64,000 bases of DNA, from NCBI GenBank assembly GCA_963737655.1, contig CAVTTN010000002.1, positions 2,400,001 to 2,464,000 of the forward strand, read 5' to 3'. Below, piece after piece: positions 59,268 to 64,000 of the stretch. Source of the stretch: an uncultured Planctomycetota bacterium. Lineage in GTDB: Bacteria; Planctomycetota; Planctomycetia; Isosphaerales; Isosphaeraceae. The notes beneath the pieces are model-generated. The model searched no databases. It was not told the origin of the DNA and saw only the letters and a list, made by a program, of their open reading frames with translations. The stretch's first letter is position 1. Every line of letters begins with the position of its first letter. A program made the translations under genes and the position numbers.

Positions 59268-60017
59268 TCACTTCTCCTCGACCAGCCAGATATTCCGGTA
59301 CTGGACGGGGTTGCCGTGGTCCTGGAGGTGGATCGGCCCGGGGGTGCAGGGGTCTCCTCCGAGGCCGGCGACCGTGTTGTCGATCGGGATCTCCACGTCC
59401 TTGTGGATCGTCTGGCCGTTCTGGACGACCGTGATCCGGGCGTTCTTCGTCTTCTTGCCGTCCTGGCAGGTCGGGGCGGTGAAGTCGATGTCGTAGGATT
59501 GCCAGACGGTCGGCGCCTTGCAGGCGTTCACCAGGGGCTTGGCGACCTTGTAGATGCCTCCGCAGTCGTTGTCCTGGCTGTCCAGGCCGTAGCTGTCGAG
59601 GACCTGGACCTCGTAGCGGCCCTGGAGGTACACGCCGGAGTTGCCCCGCCCCTGCCCTGTGGATGTGGGCATGTAAGGCACCCGGAACTCGACATGAAGC
59701 TTGAAGTGGCCGTCGAACGCCTTCTTCGTCTTGATCCCGCTCCCCTGGACCTGCATCGCCCCGCCGTCCACGAGCTTCCAGGGGCAGGGCTTGCCGTCGA
59801 CGGAGAGCCACTGGTCGGTGTTCTTGCCGTCGAACAGGACGACGGCCCCGGCCGGCGGGGGCACGGTCGCGACGTCCTTGCCGTCCTCGGGCTTCGCCAG
59901 CTTCAGGCCGGTGATGTCCCCATAAAAGCCGTCCTGATCCCTCGGGGTCGCGAACGAGACGGAGGCGAAGGCGAAGGCCAGGGCCAGGGCGGCCGGAGCG
60001 AGGAATCGGGCGCTCAT
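59268..60017 (-). CDS. DUF1080 (3-keto-disaccharide hydrolase-like) secreted protein
   Basis: VLFDGK, LHVEFR, GNSGVYLQGRYEVQVLDS, WQSYDI and LQDHGNPVQYRNIW. Confidence 0.93.
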   Translation of the reverse strand: MSARFLAPAALALAFAFASVSFATPRDQDGFYGDITGLKLAKPEDGKDVATVPPPAGAVVLFDGKNTDQWLSVDGKPCPWKLVDGGAMQVQGSGIKTKKAFDGHFKLHVEFRVPYMPTSTGQGRGNSGVYLQGRYEVQVLDSYGLDSQDNDCGGIYKVAKPLVNACKAPTVWQSYDIDFTAPTCQDGKKTKNARITVVQNGQTIHKDVEIPIDNTVAGLGGDPCTPGPIHLQDHGNPVQYRNIWLVEEK

Positions 60018-60571
60018 CGGGGCGTCTCCGGGGAGGGGAGAAATCGGTTCGCGGGGATCTCGGGCGAGGGGCCTATCCTGGCCCGTCGGTCCGGGGAAAT
60101 CAACCCTCGGGTCCGGCCGATCCGGGACGCGACGCCTCTCGCGATTGCGCCGAGGGATCGCCCGGAATCCGGCGGTCCGGAGATGGTCCGGCCGATCCGG
60201 GGGAGCCGATAGATCGACGGACGACCGCGAGAGGGCGGCCCGAGGAATCGGGGCGCGGGCCGTCCTGGCCGGGCCGGGTCTGTTCATGCGCGCGTCGGAC
60301 CTTCGCCGGGCCTCCCGGGCGTCCCCGGCCTCGGGGGGGGTGGGCGAGGGAAAAAGGGCGCCGGGCGCGAAAATTCCGGGAAGCCGGCCGGAAGGACTTA
60401 AGTGGTGAACCGGCCTCGCGCCGCCGATGCCATCTCGGCGACGCAACCGCCCTTGGAGGGCCGGTCGCCGGGAAAAAATCCTTGCGTGATGGGGCCGCGT
60501 CGGTAAGTTCGTTCCATCCTGCCGACCGGGCCCCTCTGGCCCGGAACGAGTCCCGAAGGAGCCTTGCCACG

Positions 60572-61762
60572 ATGCCTCAATCGACCCGCATCCGCCGGTC
60601 CCGGGGTTGCTTGCTCGGCCTGGCCGTCGGCGATGCGCTGGGGGGCCCCCTGGAGGGCCTCAGCGCCCAGCAAGTCCGGACCCACTACGGTCTCGTGACG
60701 GGCTACGTCGATGGGGTCCTCGCCTGGAAGAAGAAGCCCTACCGCTGGAGGATGCCGGGCCTCTACACCGACGACACCCAGCAGGCCCTGGCCCTGGCCG
60801 ACGTCCTGCTGGACCGCGGATCGGCCGATGCCTCGCAGCTCGCCGCGCTGTACCTGGCCCTGGCCTCGCCCAAGGGGGCCTATCTCGGGGCCCACCGGGG
60901 CGTGGGCAAGAGCTTCCGCCTGGTCCTGGGCGACCTGGAGCGAGGCGTGGATCCCCGGCTGACGGGCCAGTCCTCGGCGGGCGTCGGCGCCGCGATGAGG
61001 ATCGCCCCGGCCGCCCTGTTCTTCGGACCCGACGAGCCCGACGCCCTGTTCGACACCGTGATGGCCGCCAGCCTGATGACCCATCGGGACGTCCGAAGCC
61101 TCGCCGGCGCCTTCGCGGTGACGTCGGCCGTTGGCCGGCTCCTGGACGGCGCCGAGAGGACCCCCGGCCTGCTCCTCCGGGTGGCCGGCGACGTCAAGGC
61201 GGCCGAGGATCGCATCCTCGCCGAATTCGGCGACGTCGTGGCCTCCGCCGACGCCCACCCCCACGCCGTCTCCTCCGCCCTGGCCCACGCCGAGAGCGTC
61301 CTGGACGGCCCCCGAGACCGCGCCCTGGCCGCCATCATCGAGGAAGCCAACCGCCACGGCGCCGAACCCGCCTGCCGACGCCCCACGATGGGCTTCCCCC
61401 CCGCCTGCCTGCCCACCTGCCTGTACGTCCTCCTGACCACCGACTCGTTCGAGGACGCCGTCCTGGAAGTCGTCAACCTCGGCGGAGACGCCGACACCGC
61501 CGGCGCCATCCTCGGCGCCCTGGCCGGCGCCCACTACGGCGAATCGGCCATCCCGGCCAGGCTCCTCGACGGCCTCCACAACCGGGACGGAGTCGCCCTC
61601 CGGGCCGAGGCCCTCGCCCAACGCTCCCGAAACGGCCTCGACCCCATCCCCGACCTCGTCGAGACCGAGCGCCGCCTCAGCGACCTCGAAGCCATGTGCC
61701 GGGACGACCTCCTGGCCCTCCGCCAGAACGGCGGAGACCTCGGCGCCAATCGGCGGATCTGA
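60572..61762 (+). CDS. ADP-ribosylglycohydrolase (DraG/ARH family)
   Basis: GLAVGDALG, YTDDTQQ, GAAMRIAP, MTH and NLGGDADTAGAILGALAGA. Confidence 0.93.
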   Translation: MPQSTRIRRSRGCLLGLAVGDALGGPLEGLSAQQVRTHYGLVTGYVDGVLAWKKKPYRWRMPGLYTDDTQQALALADVLLDRGSADASQLAALYLALASPKGAYLGAHRGVGKSFRLVLGDLERGVDPRLTGQSSAGVGAAMRIAPAALFFGPDEPDALFDTVMAASLMTHRDVRSLAGAFAVTSAVGRLLDGAERTPGLLLRVAGDVKAAEDRILAEFGDVVASADAHPHAVSSALAHAESVLDGPRDRALAAIIEEANRHGAEPACRRPTMGFPPACLPTCLYVLLTTDSFEDAVLEVVNLGGDADTAGAILGALAGAHYGESAIPARLLDGLHNRDGVALRAEALAQRSRNGLDPIPDLVETERRLSDLEAMCRDDLLALRQNGGDLGANRRI

Positions 61763-61771
61763 CACGATCCC

Positions 61772-61808
61772 GGGGCAACGATCGGCGTCCCGGGCCGATC
61801 GTTGCCCC
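61772..61808. terminator. 15-bp GC-rich hairpin after the ARH gene
   Basis: GGGGCAACGATCGGC / GCCGATCGTTGCCCC, with no clear U-tract. Confidence 0.45.
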
Positions 61809-61908
61809 TCCTGCCTTCGCCCACTTCGCCTTGCCAGCGACTCGAAGCAGCCGCTAGAGTGGGGGGACGAAACCAGTCGTCCCGTTCCCTCCGAGAGATT
61901 GGCGAGCG

Positions 61909-62991
61909 ATGCCCGGCCGAGTCGTCCTGGCGATGAGCGGGGGCGTGGATAGCTCCGTCGCCGCCCACTTGTTGAAGGAGCAGGGGCACGAGGTCATCGG
62001 CCTCTTCATGAGGACCGGCGCCCACGGCGACGGACTGGATCGCCGCGCCAGGACCTGCTGCTCGGCCACCGACGCCCTCGATGCCCAGGCCGTCGCCGAT
62101 CGCCTGGACATCCCGTTCTTCGCGCTCGACTTCGAGGCCGATTTCGCCCGGATCATGGACGGCTTCGCCGACGAGTACGCCGTCGGCCGGACCCCGAATC
62201 CCTGCGTCCTCTGCAACATCTGGCTGAAGTTCGGCAAGCTCTGGGCCTATGGCAAGCAAGTCGGCGCCGATTTCGTCGCCACCGGCCACTATGCCCGGAT
62301 CGTCCGCGACGAGGACGGGAATCCCCGGATCGCCCGGGGTGTCGATCCGTCGAAGGACCAATCCTACGTCCTTTTCGGGCTGGGTCGCGAGGTCCTGCCC
62401 CACGTCCTCCTGCCGGTGGGCGACTACCCCAAGGCCGAGGTCCGCCGGATGGCCCGGGACCTGGATCTGCCCGTCCACGACAAGCCCGACAGCCAGGAAA
62501 TCTGCTTCATCCCCGACGACGATTACCTCCGATTCGTCCGCGAGCGAAGGCCCGACCTCGAAACCGCCGGGCCCCTCGTCGATCTCGACGGCACCGAGCT
62601 CGGGCGGCACTCCGGGATCGAAGGGTTCACGATCGGCCAGAGGCGGGGGCTCGGAGTCGCCGTGGGCTCGCCGCGATACGTCGTCCAGATCGAGCCGGTG
62701 ACGAGGACGGTGACGCTCGGGCCTCGCCAGGCGCTCGACGCCCCCGGCCTGGCCGCCTCTCGCTTCCTCTGGCAGATCGACCCGCCCTCCGGGCCGATCC
62801 GGGGCCTCGCCCAGATCCGCGCGAGGCACCGGGCCGTCGAGGCCACGATCGAGCCGACCGGGCCGGACTCGGCCGACGTCTGGTTCGACGACCCGCAGCC
62901 CGCCGTGACCCCGGGGCAGGTCGTCACGATCTATCGCGAGGATCTGGTCCTGGGCGGGGGCTGGATCGATCGGCCCCTGACCCGAGGGTGA
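61909..62991 (+). CDS. mnmA: tRNA 2-thiouridine(34) synthase
   Basis: AMSGGVDSS, GRTPNPC..CN, ATGHY, KDQSY, DSQEICF, TIGQRRGLG and TPGQ. Confidence 0.97.
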   Translation: MPGRVVLAMSGGVDSSVAAHLLKEQGHEVIGLFMRTGAHGDGLDRRARTCCSATDALDAQAVADRLDIPFFALDFEADFARIMDGFADEYAVGRTPNPCVLCNIWLKFGKLWAYGKQVGADFVATGHYARIVRDEDGNPRIARGVDPSKDQSYVLFGLGREVLPHVLLPVGDYPKAEVRRMARDLDLPVHDKPDSQEICFIPDDDYLRFVRERRPDLETAGPLVDLDGTELGRHSGIEGFTIGQRRGLGVAVGSPRYVVQIEPVTRTVTLGPRQALDAPGLAASRFLWQIDPPSGPIRGLAQIRARHRAVEATIEPTGPDSADVWFDDPQPAVTPGQVVTIYREDLVLGGGWIDRPLTRG

Positions 62992-63006
62992 CGTCCGATC
63001 CCCCGA

Positions 63007-63234
63007 TCAGCCCGCCGGCCTCGGCCTCTCGACCACGGAGAGCCCGGCCTTCCCCAGCCGGCTGAGGATCACCCGCCAGGTCCGGCCGAAGCTGTGCTCG
63101 TCCATCGTGTGAGAACACTCGATCGTGTCGCGATCGAACCGCCCCACCACCTTCACGCCGCCCGGGGCGCGGCCCAGGGCCCTCTTCACCGCGTTCACGC
63201 TCCCGGCCTTCACGAAGAATCGCTCGATCATCAC
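63007..63234 (-). CDS. Small hypothetical protein
   Basis: 75-aa ORF with host-like codon bias filling the gap between mnmA and the DUF971 gene. Confidence 0.6.
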   Translation of the reverse strand: MMIERFFVKAGSVNAVKRALGRAPGGVKVVGRFDRDTIECSHTMDEHSFGRTWRVILSRLGKAGLSVVERPRPAG

Positions 63235-63313
63235 TCGGCCCCGCCCCAGCCAGGGAGATCCGCGACGGCGGGGCGATCCGCCGCCCAGCTTGGTGCCCCC
63301 TCGCCGATCGACC

Positions 63314-63322
63314 TGCTACAAT
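63314..63322 (+). promoter_or_regulatory. Possible extended -10 promoter (TGcTACAAT)
   Basis: Near-consensus TGnTATAAT, 30 nt upstream of the DUF971 start. Confidence 0.45.
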
Positions 63323-63351
63323 GATGCCCGCTTCCCGAGGGGACCCATCGA

Positions 63352-63663
63352 ATGAGCGACCCGCCGACGAACATCCGGGCCCACCAGGCCGACCAGGTCC
63401 TCGAACTGGCCTGGACCGACGGCCGGGCCGACCGCCTCCCCTACCGCTTCTTGCGAGGGATGTGCCCGTGCGCCTCGTGCCGGGACGAATGGACCGGCGA
63501 GCGCATCCTGGACCCGGCCTCGATCCGCCCCGACCTGAAGCTCGAAGGGATGGAGGCCGTGGGGAGCTACGCCGTCCGCCTGTCCTGGAACGACGGCCAT
63601 TCCTCCGGCCTCTTCACCTGGGAGAGCCTCCGCAAGCTCGGCGAGGAGAGGCCGGAGGCGTGA
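63352..63663 (+). CDS. DUF971 (gamma-butyrobetaine hydroxylase N-terminal-like) protein
   Basis: LRGMCPCASC, VGSYAV...WNDGHSSGLFTWESL. Confidence 0.9.
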   Translation: MSDPPTNIRAHQADQVLELAWTDGRADRLPYRFLRGMCPCASCRDEWTGERILDPASIRPDLKLEGMEAVGSYAVRLSWNDGHSSGLFTWESLRKLGEERPEA

Positions 63664-63674
63664 ACCGGGGCCGA

Positions 63675-64000
63675 TCACCTCGTCCCCGACGCGACCGATC
63701 CGGCCACCGGGCCGCCCACTCCTCGTCGAGCCGACAGGTCGACGTGGAGCCTCTGGATCTCGAGCTCCAGGACCTTGAGCCGGTCCAGGATGGCCGCCGT
63801 CGGGTCGAGCTTCTCGTGGGCCTCGTCCGACGCCGATGTGATCGTCAACAACCCGTCGGCATCGACGCTGTAAACCAGCCCGAGCTGACCCAGGATCAGC
63901 GTGAGCGTCTTCTTCAGGGGGATGCCCTCCAGGTCGAGGACGATCGGCGAGGCGATCGTCTTCTCGGCCTCCTGGAGGCCGACCGGATCGACGTAGATCG
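63675..64000 (-). CDS. 3' end of a gene entering from outside the window (STN-like domain)
   Basis: Hand translation: IYVDPVGLQEAEKTIASPIVLDLEGIPLKKTLTLILGQLGLVYSVDADGLLTITS...TR*. Confidence 0.75.
   Translation of the reverse strand, partial: IYVDPVGLQEAEKTIASPIVLDLEGIPLKKTLTLILGQLGLVYSVDADGLLTITSASDEAHEKLDPTAAILDRLKVLELEIQRLHVDLSARRGVGGPVAGSVASGTR

Noticed and set aside
60572..61762. ADP-ribosylglycohydrolase as the antitoxin or immunity part of a defence system
   Set aside because: No ADP-ribosyltransferase or toxin gene is adjacent; the neighbours are a DUF1080 gene and mnmA.

Overview
High-GC window with about 48 genes, inferred to come from a planctomycete, probably Isosphaeraceae. 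The inference rests on two DUF1559 prepilin-like genes, DUF4058, tandem Uma2 genes, LE.LE.R.L N-terminal export motifs and hpnE. No rRNA, tRNA or CRISPR array was seen. Most genes are housekeeping, transport or envelope functions (fhs, mnmA, hpnE, POT transporter with S9 peptidase, glycosyltransferases, ABC permeases). Standouts: (1) a 3562-aa secreted subtilase-fold protease/adhesin transcribed divergently from a small secreted protein whose C-terminal domain is a free-standing copy of that protease's presumed propeptide, a candidate dedicated inhibitor or chaperone pair; (2) a complete ISKra4-family IS directly beside an in-frame internally deleted sibling; (3) three tandem Uma2 genes with homogenised flanks and a hypervariable cassette; (4) several GTAG-ended palindromes, including a perfect 91-bp AT-rich one, four of which supply the TAG stop of the adjacent gene; (5) a 1296-aa secreted protein with four copies of a WIGQDGHD repeat I do not recognise; (6) a candidate structured leader RNA upstream of a DUF1559 gene. 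Six genes carry apparent frameshifts, mostly single bases in short G/C runs and probably assembly errors. All family calls come from motif recognition by eye, not database searches.
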